A stretch of DNA of 64,000 bases from assembly GCA_964410585.1 (NCBI GenBank), contig CAYPFW010000001.1:512001-576000 (forward strand), written 5' to 3'. Each line of letters starts with the position of its first letter. Position 1 is the stretch's first letter. Origin of the DNA: an uncultured archaeon. GTDB taxonomy: Archaea; Aenigmatarchaeota; Aenigmatarchaeia; QMZP01; JACQNV01. Below, in pieces: positions 29,148-38,431 of the stretch. The notes under the pieces are model-generated. The model was not told where the DNA came from. It saw only the letters and a program-made list of their open reading frames with translations, and made no database searches. The position numbers and the translations under genes are program-made.

Positions 29148-29635
29148 TGAGAAGAACCACAGTGAGATCTCGGCTGATTTGTCTTTGTATAGCATTTATC
29201 TTAATTGCTTTTGCATCAAAATCCCTGGCTGTAATATTGCCTATTGGCTTGATTTTGCTTATTATTGGTATATTTGATGTAGTGCGAGCAAAAACATTGA
29301 AATCTTTGAGTGAAAAGTCCCGAGAAAAAATGGAAACGAAATTATTAATATGCTCCTCAATTATTGTTAGCTTGGTTTGTTTTTCTCTTATTGCCTTTTA
29401 TGGTTCCCTAAAAGACGCAGTTGGATTAGTTCTCATTGTCGGAATAGTAACTGGACTAAAAGCTGGCTACAGACACATAAATGCATGGTATATGACAGCT
29501 GGTATTTTTATTTTTCTTAGCATCGCCATGATATTGTCAAACCAATATCCAGTGGTATATATTGGGATTGGTGTTTTAGCGATAATATTTTTGATCCAGA
29601 TTTATTTTGTAATCAAAAACAGGTTTTATAAATAG
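29144..29635 (+). CDS. Multi-pass membrane protein
   Basis: Several TM segments; overlaps the upstream stop. Confidence 0.65.
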   Translation: MMRRTTVRSRLICLCIAFILIAFASKSLAVILPIGLILLIIGIFDVVRAKTLKSLSEKSREKMETKLLICSSIIVSLVCFSLIAFYGSLKDAVGLVLIVGIVTGLKAGYRHINAWYMTAGIFIFLSIAMILSNQYPVVYIGIGVLAIIFLIQIYFVIKNRFYK

Positions 29636-29653
29636 GGAGTTCCTAGTAATAAT

Positions 29654-30238
29654 ATGTTAAGTAAAAAATTGATCGCAGTTGGCGCTGTAGTTGTCATACT
29701 TCTTATCATAGCTGGAATAATCTGGGGATCTTACAACAGCCTTATTTCAAAAGACGAAGCTGTAACAAAAGGTTGGGGAGATGTCCAAGTCCAATACCAG
29801 AGAAGAGTTGACCTTATACCAAATTTAGTCAATGTTGTTGAGAGCTATGCTGGTTTTGAAAAGAGCTTGATCACAGACGTTACAAGACTAAGGACAGACT
29901 GGCAAAGGGAGGCGCAGAATCCTGATCTAGAAGCTCGTGTAGATGCAGCAAACAAACTAGAAGGCGCTCTAAGGAAGCTTATTTTCACATCTGAAAACTA
30001 TCCTGATTTGAAATCAAGCGAGCAGTTCACTGGTTTGAGAGACGAGCTTGCTGGAACAGAAAACAGGGTTGCAGTTTCAAGGGAAAGATACAATGACGCT
30101 GTCAGGGAATACAATGTAGTTGTGAGATCATTCCCATCAAATGTAATCGCAGGATGGTTTGGTTTCAAGACAAAAACACCTTTTGAGGCTCTTACACCTG
30201 GCGCAGAAAACGCACCTAAAGTGGACCTAAATGTTTAG
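29654..30238 (+). CDS. lemA: LemA family protein
   Basis: YQRRVDLIPNLV, ENYPDLKS, TENRVAVSRERYN, FPSN. Confidence 0.93.
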   Translation: MLSKKLIAVGAVVVILLIIAGIIWGSYNSLISKDEAVTKGWGDVQVQYQRRVDLIPNLVNVVESYAGFEKSLITDVTRLRTDWQREAQNPDLEARVDAANKLEGALRKLIFTSENYPDLKSSEQFTGLRDELAGTENRVAVSRERYNDAVREYNVVVRSFPSNVIAGWFGFKTKTPFEALTPGAENAPKVDLNV

Positions 30239-30908
30239 TGATTTTTAAGTTTTGCTTCTAATTCTACTGATGCAATATAGACTTTTTATACAGAAACCTA
30301 GACTAACAGTAGAAGAAGTTAAAACTATTTGTAGCGGTCTGGATCCATATCCTGTAAGAAATATTGATGGCGACCCAATAAGCAGTAGAGGTTCCAGATT
30401 AGGTATTTTTGGTTGTAAACCAACTCCGTTTAGGCAAGATGATGTAAGAGAATGTCTAGTTATAGATATTGAAACTCATACATGTGGTCAGCCATATATT
30501 ATAAGCCCAGAAGGACCTTTAAGGTATGCACAAGATTATAGATCTATTAATCCGCTCAGCACATTAGTGGAATTTGAATATAGGCACATAGTAGTTGTGC
30601 AATTTGATGATTTGTTAAAGGATAAAAGTAGACTAGGTGCTTTTGTAAGAGGCTTGAAGGGAGCGGGACGTGGAAAGCTTTTGAAAGCCAAGTATCCATT
30701 TGAATCTGGAGACGGCAACGTAGAATCTGAAATGATTGTTTTACAAAATGACTTTACACTTCCAGAAAGGTTAGCTAGAACAACTGAATTGTTAACAGCT
30801 AGACTCCGAGAGCTTTATGGAGACAAATTTGCCCTTTCAGAAGAATTTGAGTTTTTAAGAATATAGAATGGATACACATAAAATGATTTTTAAGTTTTGC
30901 TTCTAATT
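30239..30908 (+). repeat. Perfect 25-bp direct repeat (30239-30263 and 30884-30908) containing a TATA-like box
   Basis: TGATTTTTAAGTTTTGCTTCTAATT precedes both the 30270 and 30916 ATGs. Confidence 0.85.
30270..30866 (+). CDS. Hypothetical protein
   Basis: About 198-aa ORF between the direct repeats. Confidence 0.6.
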   Translation: MQYRLFIQKPRLTVEEVKTICSGLDPYPVRNIDGDPISSRGSRLGIFGCKPTPFRQDDVRECLVIDIETHTCGQPYIISPEGPLRYAQDYRSINPLSTLVEFEYRHIVVVQFDDLLKDKSRLGAFVRGLKGAGRGKLLKAKYPFESGDGNVESEMIVLQNDFTLPERLARTTELLTARLRELYGDKFALSEEFEFLRI

Positions 30909-30915
30909 TTGTATA

Positions 30916-31599
30916 ATGCTAACTAAAGAACAGATTGAGGAAATAGATAGTATACAAAAAAAGATGCAGAAGGATTTTAGGCTTGTTCCACCTTCTGGAA
31001 AAATAGTTGAGTACCTTGGAAAAGAGTTTATTCTTTACAAAAATGTTTTCTGGCCATTTGAAGATAGCAAACCCTTAATAGTTGAGAACTTTAAAATCGC
31101 TAGAAGCGAATCTGTTCTAGATGTTGGAACAGGATCTGGCGTCATTGCTATTTTTGCTGCTTATAACGGAGCTGAGAGGGTTGTTGCACTAGATATAAAC
31201 CCAGAAGCTGTAAGATGTGCAAAGGAAAATTCCAAAAAGCATGGATTTGAAAAAATAATTGAAGTAAGGCTATCTGATGTTTTTGAATCTGTAAAACCAG
31301 ATGAAAAGTTTGATGTTGTAACTGCAAACCTTCCCTTTAGAAATAAAAAAGCCTCAGATTTTGTAGAGGCTAGCCAATGGGACACTGACTTCCAAACACA
31401 CAAAAAATTTTTTTCAGGTGTTGACAGAATCCTAAAACCAAAGGGGAGGATATACATGTCTCAATCAAATTTTGGAGATGTAGATGAAATGAAAAGGCTG
31501 GCACATGATGCTGGTTTTAGTGTGAGTCCTATTGGGGAAAATAAATTTCAAAACGATCCAAGGATATTTTATGCCTTTGAGATGAAAAGAGTTTTATAA
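30916..31599 (+). CDS. HemK/PrmC-like SAM methyltransferase
   Basis: VLDVGTGSGVIA, LDINP, ANLPF (NPPY-like). Confidence 0.85.
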   Translation: MLTKEQIEEIDSIQKKMQKDFRLVPPSGKIVEYLGKEFILYKNVFWPFEDSKPLIVENFKIARSESVLDVGTGSGVIAIFAAYNGAERVVALDINPEAVRCAKENSKKHGFEKIIEVRLSDVFESVKPDEKFDVVTANLPFRNKKASDFVEASQWDTDFQTHKKFFSGVDRILKPKGRIYMSQSNFGDVDEMKRLAHDAGFSVSPIGENKFQNDPRIFYAFEMKRVL

Positions 31600-31620
31600 A
31601 ATCTATATCTAATTCTACAA

Positions 31621-32541
31621 ATGAAATTCAGAAATTTTGGAAAAACAGAAATTAAAGTTTCAGAAGTTGGTTTAGGTTGCTGGGCAATTGGTGGAAACCA
31701 ATTTGGAAACAGCTATGGATCAACAGATGATGTTGTCTCAATAAAAACAATAAAGAAGGCTTTGGAACTTGGATGCAATTTCTTTGATACAGCAGATGTA
31801 TACGGACACGGCCACTCAGAAGAGCTTTTAGGCCTTGCTCTAAACAAGGTAAGGGGACAGGTTTTTCTTGCAACAAAAGTTGGCGGGGCATACATGTATG
31901 GCGGAGATTGGGGTGGAATGAATTTTTCAGAAGAATATATCAGGTTTGCCTTGGATAAAAGTTTGCAAAGGTTGAAAACATCTTATTTGGATCTGTACCA
32001 ACTTCATAATCCGCCTTTAGAACTGATAGAACAGGGCGAAATTTTCAAAGTTTTGGGCCGGCTCAAAAAGGAAGGGAAGATAAAATTTTCCGGCATTTCC
32101 ATACACACATGGGAAGAAGGCGAAGCTGTTTTGAAACATGATGTTGATTCTATTCAATGTGTTTTCAATATGCTGGATCCAAAAAACTATGAGATTATAG
32201 AAGCCGCGAAGGTTAAAGGTGTTGCTGTGGTTGCAAGAGAGCCTCTGTGCAATGGTTTCTTGGTTGAAAATCCACCAAAAGGACCTTTTGAAAAAGGTGA
32301 TATCAGATATCAAATGCCAAAAAATTATGTTGAAAATTTGGCAGAAGCTGCGAAAGAGTTGAGGGAAATGTTTGCACACAGAAAAGAACCACTGAGCCAA
32401 ATTGCATTGAAATATGTTTTGATGTCTAAAGTTTCTGTTGTTATTCCAGGAGCCAAAACACCACAACAAGTTGAAGAAAATTTGAAGGCGTCTGACATCC
32501 CCGATTTGACTGAAAAGGATTTGGAGCTATTGGGGAGCTGA
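31621..32541 (+). CDS. Aldo/keto reductase
   Basis: GLGCW, FDTADVYG, ATKVG, LDLYQLH, IPGAK. Confidence 0.93.
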   Translation: MKFRNFGKTEIKVSEVGLGCWAIGGNQFGNSYGSTDDVVSIKTIKKALELGCNFFDTADVYGHGHSEELLGLALNKVRGQVFLATKVGGAYMYGGDWGGMNFSEEYIRFALDKSLQRLKTSYLDLYQLHNPPLELIEQGEIFKVLGRLKKEGKIKFSGISIHTWEEGEAVLKHDVDSIQCVFNMLDPKNYEIIEAAKVKGVAVVAREPLCNGFLVENPPKGPFEKGDIRYQMPKNYVENLAEAAKELREMFAHRKEPLSQIALKYVLMSKVSVVIPGAKTPQQVEENLKASDIPDLTEKDLELLGS

Positions 32542-32621
32542 AGGAAAGCGTAAATTTTTTGTGAATCGACATGAACAAAAAACTAGCCTCCTTTTTGATT
32601 GACCTTTTGTGACAAAAGGTC
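32542..32621 (+). repeat. Family 1 element, copy E
   Basis: GGAAAGCGTAAATTTTTTG...CAAAAAACTAGCCTCCTTTTTGATT-GACCTTTTGTGACAAAAGGTC, directly after the AKR stop. Confidence 0.85.
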
Positions 32622-32642
32622 AGATTTGGGTTTATTAGGGAG

Positions 32643-33350
32643 TTAGGCAGCGCCCACCTTAACTGGTTTTTGTGCCGACTCAATTTGATAAGGACCAAAA
32701 ATATGATGCTCGGCTCTATAATTTGGAAGTCTCAATCCTGTTCCATTTTTAGGGAAGACATAAACTAGGCTTGCATGTCTAACAGGCGGAATGCACGATG
32801 TTCTCGAATTTCGATATTTGTGATATATAATTATTATCTCTGGCTGCCTCTCTGCATCTTTTTGATCTGATTTGGAAAGTGGTTCACCCTCATTATGAAC
32901 ATGAAAATTACAAAAATATTCTGCCATTAGCCTTCTTCTATCTGGCCTATCGTACATACAATTCATTAGTTTTTTCACTTCTAATGCTATACCAATTGCT
33001 TCGAAGGGACTCTTCCCATTTCTTTGATATTTCCACATTTTTCTTCCAAGTCTTTTCCATTCCTCTCTATTTGATGGTCGCTCTGATTCAGAATCAGCAA
33101 GCTTCTTTAGTCTTTCAAAATGCTCTTGGACATATCTCCCTTCACCTAACTCATCAACAAAAGGAACAAGGCTCTCGTGTTTTGAAGGAAGAATTCTAAA
33201 CCTGAGACTTCCCTGGTCTGCAGTTAAATAAACCTCTCCACCAACTTCTGCATAATCAATAGCATCAGACCTTGCAATAACTCTACCCAAACTTCTAAAT
33301 GTTCTCGGATCCTCTATCACGCCTCTCAGCTGGTCTCTGGTAAAATTCAT
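32643..33350 (-). CDS. Hypothetical protein with JAB/MPN-like motif
   Basis: EVGG near the N-terminus; NFHVHNEGEPLSKSD (HxH..SxxD). Confidence 0.5.
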   Translation of the reverse strand: MNFTRDQLRGVIEDPRTFRSLGRVIARSDAIDYAEVGGEVYLTADQGSLRFRILPSKHESLVPFVDELGEGRYVQEHFERLKKLADSESERPSNREEWKRLGRKMWKYQRNGKSPFEAIGIALEVKKLMNCMYDRPDRRRLMAEYFCNFHVHNEGEPLSKSDQKDAERQPEIIIIYHKYRNSRTSCIPPVRHASLVYVFPKNGTGLRLPNYRAEHHIFGPYQIESAQKPVKVGAA

Positions 33351-33498
33351 CTACAAAATAGGAGAGAAATAATTTAAGTTTAACTCTTTTGAGATCTGAA
33401 CTTGTTGCTTGAAAATTTTTATGTCTTCACTAATTTTCCAAAATAAGTCTAGCAGGGCAACTTCCACTTTTAAATAGGACCTAGAACAAATACATACT

Positions 33499-34200
33499 AT
33501 GCGAGGGGCTAAAAAACTAAAGGGTTTAGAGGTTGGCATTGGTTTTATCATTACAATTATAATAGCAGTCATGGCTCTAGTTCTTGCAATCCAATTTTTG
33601 CAACAGGTTTTCCCACAAGTCACAACTTTGGGCCAAGATGCAATAAACACAGCAAGGAACACGCTCATAACAAAATTAGATGATCCAGATTTCCAGCAAG
33701 TGTGTACAGTGACTTTGCCAACAACAGATAGGAAAGGGGTCACAATTTCTAAAAGGACATTATCAGATTCAGAAGCAAGTGGAAGGCCATTCAAGCCTTT
33801 GATTGGTTTGAAAAACCCAACAACAGACACCAAGTGCTACAAGATGGATGTAAAGTTGGATTCTGTTTCCACATCATTGTCTCAACCATATTTTGCAAAA
33901 GATGGCTGCTTCAATGAGAATTGTCCAGAGTTTGTGGCTCTTCAAAAGAAAGCATTGGAGTGGATAAGGCCGAGTATATCTTCTGCTATCTCACTTCCTT
34001 CAAAAGGTTCTGCAAAAGATATAGACTTGTTGCTAAATGTTGGTGAAATGAAAGAAGGCGATTATACATTTGTCTTTTCTGTTTCAGAAGCTGATCCAAA
34101 AGAATCTGGAGGAAAATGCCCTTCAATTGCAGACGAAACTAAGTGGATAGAGCAACAGGTTTGCGATCCTCCTGGAAGAATCATAAGCGTAGTGGCATAG
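33499..34200 (+). CDS. Pilin-like protein, class III signal peptide
   Basis: KKLKG|LEVGIGFIITIIIAVMALVL. Confidence 0.75.
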   Translation: MRGAKKLKGLEVGIGFIITIIIAVMALVLAIQFLQQVFPQVTTLGQDAINTARNTLITKLDDPDFQQVCTVTLPTTDRKGVTISKRTLSDSEASGRPFKPLIGLKNPTTDTKCYKMDVKLDSVSTSLSQPYFAKDGCFNENCPEFVALQKKALEWIRPSISSAISLPSKGSAKDIDLLLNVGEMKEGDYTFVFSVSEADPKESGGKCPSIADETKWIEQQVCDPPGRIISVVA

Positions 34201-34201
34201 T

Positions 34202-34699
34202 ATGGAGATTGGTTTTGCGTTTACCCTTATTTTTGCTTTGATTGTTTTAGGTGTGGTGCTTTTTTTTGGTTCAGATATGATCCAACAACTTTTAGGTTTG
34301 ACAGGAGATGCGCAATTGGTAAACCAAGTAACAGAGATCCAAAAATTGTCTTGTGGACAAGCTAGGGATGACACATGTTCTGGTGGTTTGTTTTGGAGCA
34401 TACTAGGAGACACAAGGCCATTTACAATCAGCATACCTGGGGGGTTTACAAAAATCTGTTTTTTGGATCCTGAATCTGATTTGAGTAGATCGACAGAAAC
34501 ATGGGACGGCAGCGACCGCTTGGCCAACTTAGCAATAGAAGGAAAGAAGCAAAATATTTACGGCTTCAAATCAGCAGGTGAAAACCCTGGGTTCAGAATA
34601 CCTAAACTCAAACCAAGCCAAAATTTCTGTGTTGACAAAAACACTGATTTGGTTTTGACAGCTAAAGGACAGTATGTAGAGGTTTCTCAACAAGTATAA
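34202..34699 (+). CDS. Pilin-like protein (no basic leader)
   Basis: MEIGFAFTLIFALIVLG N-terminal helix similar to the mature 33499 product; paired Cys. Confidence 0.65.
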   Translation: MEIGFAFTLIFALIVLGVVLFFGSDMIQQLLGLTGDAQLVNQVTEIQKLSCGQARDDTCSGGLFWSILGDTRPFTISIPGGFTKICFLDPESDLSRSTETWDGSDRLANLAIEGKKQNIYGFKSAGENPGFRIPKLKPSQNFCVDKNTDLVLTAKGQYVEVSQQV

Positions 34700-34820
34700 G
34701 TAGGCTCAACTAATTATTCTATTCTACAATTGTATTCCACTAATAGTTTCTCTTGGGATACCTTACCACTTTCAACAAGAACCTGTAAACCCTTTCTTTC
34801 TGGGTTATGAGGCTCTTTCT

Positions 34821-35936
34821 TTGGAAAGAAAGAGGGCATATATGGACGCATTTGAAGTATTCAAAATAATAATTGGGATTGTCATAGGTGTGTTTATCCT
34901 ATTTTTCATGCTCAATTTCACAGGCCTCTATTCAACTTATCAACAAGAATCAATAGAGGTCACCCATCTCAAAAACTTCAAAAGAGTTTTGCAAGACGTC
35001 TACCTCTCCGACACACCAGCTGTTTTCAGGATGAAAATAGATACAGACTATAATCCTCCCAAAATATCCTTGTACACAAAAGCAGGGAATGTTTTAGATA
35101 CGAGAATCCCAGTCCCATTTTTTTACAAAACAGCTGAAAAAGACAAGGATGTGATTGGTTATAGCGGTTTTGTAGACCACGGTTTCACAAAATTCAAGTT
35201 CGCTGGCGTCTTCCCTGCTAAAAATTTCTTCTTCAACATTGTACCTTTTTCAAACCAATCATTTGGAATTGTAAGCAGCCTCACCCAAATACTTCCAGGA
35301 GCCGAAGACCCGCCAATGTTCTACGGCTTTTGTTTCAACGACGATGACTATCTGTTTTATCCACAACCAAGCAAGACAGGCTTCTTGAATGACGTAAACC
35401 AAATAATAGAATACACATCAAAGATAGATCCAAACTGGAAACCAAAGGATAAAAAAATCGACTTCTGCACAAAACAAAGAGACGCGAACGATATAATAAT
35501 CACAGTTACAGATCAGGAAAATTTCCCAGAAAATGGTTTCTTGGTGAAACCAGATGGAAGGTTAGGAAAAGTTTTCTTCAAAGAAAGCACACAACCTAGG
35601 GCCTTAATTTACAAAGATGAGCTTGATGTTCTTGCAGCCATTGCTGGTGGTGAACAAGCATACAAATACAAAAACACAGAGCAAATGACTTTCCTAGAAA
35701 TCGCAGCAAAGTCTGAAATAGAAAGGGCAAATAACTTGGCATTTGCTTTCCAAAATTCAAAACCGCTATGCAGCAGCCTATTTGAGGACGCAAAATCTGT
35801 CCTTACAAAATTCAAGGATTCAGTAGGAAAGATGAAAACCAAATTCAACGACATGTCAACTGTTGTTGAATATTCAGATTTAGAGAATCAGGTTAAAGAA
35901 AAATACAAGGAGTTGGAATCACAGAATTGTGTATGA
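34821..35936 (+). CDS. Pilin-like membrane-anchored protein (TTG start, or ATG at 34842)
   Basis: RKRA|YMDAFEVFKIIIGIVIGVFILFF. Confidence 0.65.
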   Translation: MERKRAYMDAFEVFKIIIGIVIGVFILFFMLNFTGLYSTYQQESIEVTHLKNFKRVLQDVYLSDTPAVFRMKIDTDYNPPKISLYTKAGNVLDTRIPVPFFYKTAEKDKDVIGYSGFVDHGFTKFKFAGVFPAKNFFFNIVPFSNQSFGIVSSLTQILPGAEDPPMFYGFCFNDDDYLFYPQPSKTGFLNDVNQIIEYTSKIDPNWKPKDKKIDFCTKQRDANDIIITVTDQENFPENGFLVKPDGRLGKVFFKESTQPRALIYKDELDVLAAIAGGEQAYKYKNTEQMTFLEIAAKSEIERANNLAFAFQNSKPLCSSLFEDAKSVLTKFKDSVGKMKTKFNDMSTVVEYSDLENQVKEKYKELESQNCV

Positions 35937-35983
35937 GCTAGCCTTTTTCTTAGAAAGAAAAAGGTTACCGTATCCAAAAAGAA
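35937..35983 (+). repeat. Family 3 palindromic element, copy 2
   Basis: GCTAGCCTTTTTCTTAGAAAGAAAAAGGTTACCGTATCCAAAAAGAA. Confidence 0.6.
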
Positions 35984-35996
35984 CTAATATAGAAAT

Positions 35997-36503
35997 ATGA
36001 AAATGAAAAAGGGACAGGGAGCAATGTTGGACGACATACTAATGGCAGTCTTTATTTTAATTATTATAGTGATGGCAGTATTTTTCGTATTTGGATTGCA
36101 GCTCGGCAGCTCGAAAACAGAGCAAACAATCGAAAGGGTCAAGGAGACAATTTTCACAACAGATTATTTTATGCAATCACCTTTGCTTTCCAAAGAGCCA
36201 AGGGTTTTGGACGATTCAAAGCTAGCAAACTTTATTTCAGACAAAGGTTGCGAAGACCTGAAAAAAATTATAGGCAAACAGAAAATGTGCATCCAAGTTG
36301 AAAAGATACTTTTGTCAGGGGAAAAAGAATACCAGTGTATAGAAGGCCAGTTTTCAGAATGCACAAAGTGGGAAATGTGTTCAAATGATTGCGTTGATTT
36401 GGAAGGAAAATCTACAATAATCGAGTCGCCTGTAAATATACATAGGGCGACAAAAAACAAAAATGAACTAGGATTAATTAGGGTAAAGTTACCAGTCGAG
36501 TGA
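35997..36503 (+). CDS. Minor pilin-like protein
   Basis: MKMKKG|QGAMLDDILMAVFILIII; Cys-rich. Confidence 0.78.
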   Translation: MKMKKGQGAMLDDILMAVFILIIIVMAVFFVFGLQLGSSKTEQTIERVKETIFTTDYFMQSPLLSKEPRVLDDSKLANFISDKGCEDLKKIIGKQKMCIQVEKILLSGEKEYQCIEGQFSECTKWEMCSNDCVDLEGKSTIIESPVNIHRATKNKNELGLIRVKLPVE

Positions 36504-36504
36504 T

Positions 36505-36966
36505 ATGAAAAAACTAAAGGCTCAGGTAAATATGATCGCAGTTGTCTTGATTTTGGTAGTTTTTTTAATCTTGGCTCTTTTTTTAGCCTCTAGCTTGCAG
36601 ACAGTTGGACTAAATGAGAGGATTAATTTTTACACAAATAACTTGCTGATTTCCTTCCTGAAAACAGACACAGGGCACACAGCTAACCCACAGCAATGCG
36701 AAACAATGTCTGACCTCATATACTGCTCTGTTGTTACACCACATTTCCAATGCTCTGGGAATCCATGCGACCAAGAAGCACTGACACTCACAGATGTTTA
36801 TTTGTCCAAAACAACAGAAAAATCAGGCTTTGACTACTATTTTGTTTGGGGCGACAAGAAATCAGGAAATGAAAAAATCCTTTCTGGCCAAACATTCAAA
36901 TCAATAACAAGAATCGAGAAAAAACAAGGCGTGATAAACGCGACATTGTATATAGGAAAGGCGTAG
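36505..36966 (+). CDS. Minor pilin-like protein
   Basis: MKKLKA|QVNMIAVVLILVVFLIL. Confidence 0.78.
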   Translation: MKKLKAQVNMIAVVLILVVFLILALFLASSLQTVGLNERINFYTNNLLISFLKTDTGHTANPQQCETMSDLIYCSVVTPHFQCSGNPCDQEALTLTDVYLSKTTEKSGFDYYFVWGDKKSGNEKILSGQTFKSITRIEKKQGVINATLYIGKA

Positions 36967-37016
36967 GCGGAACACAGGTCCTTTTTTATTTCTTTTGGAT
37001 AAAATATCCAAATCTT

Positions 37017-38360
37017 ATGCCAGATATTGTTTTAAGCTCATCCCAAGAAACTGCACTTGCTCAGCTGCGCGAGCATCTTTCTGTAGACGATAGCCAAGAT
37101 AGAAGGATTATTTTAGTTGAGAGTTTAAGTGGAGTTGGGAAAAGCACAGTAATTGAAAGGATAAAACCTGAATTTGGAAGGCACAGACTTTTACCAACAG
37201 AATATTTGTGGTATGAAGATAATTTGTTGAGAATACTGAAAGATGCAGGAGGACACATTGTTACTTCAACTAATCCATTTTATTCTCCAAAAATCAGGGC
37301 ATCTGTTGCAAGAATTAAAGACCCGCAAAAATATGATATTTTTGAATATGACTGGGATCCAAACATGAATCTTGGGCTTCATTCAGTAGATGTTCAGGGA
37401 ATGGATGAAGAGGAAATGAGAATGTATATAGAATCAAAAGGCCCGCATCCAATGTCTGTGGATGATCTTGTTGAATTTTCACTTGGTGTTCCTGGCCTTG
37501 CAAATTCTTTGATGACAATTCCACATATCACTCCAGAAATCGCAGCAAGGCAGGCTGCTGTTTATCTTTTTGGACAATTTGAGCATCGATGGGAAGCTGA
37601 AGAGCGAGCTGCTAGATTTCTAAAAATCCAGCCATCTAAAAGGGTCAAAAAAGCAATGACTCGAGTGCAAGACGTTCATGGTCCTGGAAAAAAATCAATC
37701 TATGATAGGCTTCCAGGTTTGAGAGCACACTACGGTATAGATGATGATGTTGATGTAGCTTTCTTGGCTCCTGAAAGTATTGGAATATACGACGAGTCTA
37801 TTGGTAAACATGGGATTGGAATTTCTATATACTTTCCAAAGCTAACAGAAGAACATTTCTACACTGTCATGGAAATGTTGGGATTCAGAAGAGAACAAAA
37901 AGATTTTGGCGAAAAACATGGAAGGCCTAAGCGTTGGTTTGCTTTTGATGTTGATCACAAGGAACTTAAATTGTATGGAAGACACGCAAACGGGGAAGAA
38001 TATGGAAGACTTGAATGGGAAAAACCAGAGGCCTATGTAATGAAATGGTTGAGGGAAGACTCAGATGCCGTAAGGCAATTAATTGCAGATAGATCAATTC
38101 CATTTCCACAAGAAGATGGCGATTTTTGTGTTAGGACATATGTTAACGATCATGGGGCAGCTAACTATCAACCAATTAATTTTGGATGGATGGTTGAAAG
38201 TTTTTGCCAGCAAACAGGAATACCTTATTTGGCTTTCAATGGTATGGTTGGAAAGACTTATGTCTATGATCCAAGAACACAAAGATTAAATGTATTTGAT
38301 GGTGCAAAGGCTGAACAAATAAACTCTTCTTTACATGAATTAAGGATGAAGAGGAGATAG
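37017..38360 (+). CDS. Hypothetical P-loop NTPase-like protein
   Basis: SLSGVGKST Walker A-like; FSLGVPGLA resembles the STAND GxP motif. Confidence 0.5.
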   Translation: MPDIVLSSSQETALAQLREHLSVDDSQDRRIILVESLSGVGKSTVIERIKPEFGRHRLLPTEYLWYEDNLLRILKDAGGHIVTSTNPFYSPKIRASVARIKDPQKYDIFEYDWDPNMNLGLHSVDVQGMDEEEMRMYIESKGPHPMSVDDLVEFSLGVPGLANSLMTIPHITPEIAARQAAVYLFGQFEHRWEAEERAARFLKIQPSKRVKKAMTRVQDVHGPGKKSIYDRLPGLRAHYGIDDDVDVAFLAPESIGIYDESIGKHGIGISIYFPKLTEEHFYTVMEMLGFRREQKDFGEKHGRPKRWFAFDVDHKELKLYGRHANGEEYGRLEWEKPEAYVMKWLREDSDAVRQLIADRSIPFPQEDGDFCVRTYVNDHGAANYQPINFGWMVESFCQQTGIPYLAFNGMVGKTYVYDPRTQRLNVFDGAKAEQINSSLHELRMKRR

Positions 38361-38431
38361 CCAGCTAAAAGTGTAGGTTCTTATTATACATATAGTATAT
38401 AAGCATTCTGAGCCAAAATACAATATTCGAT

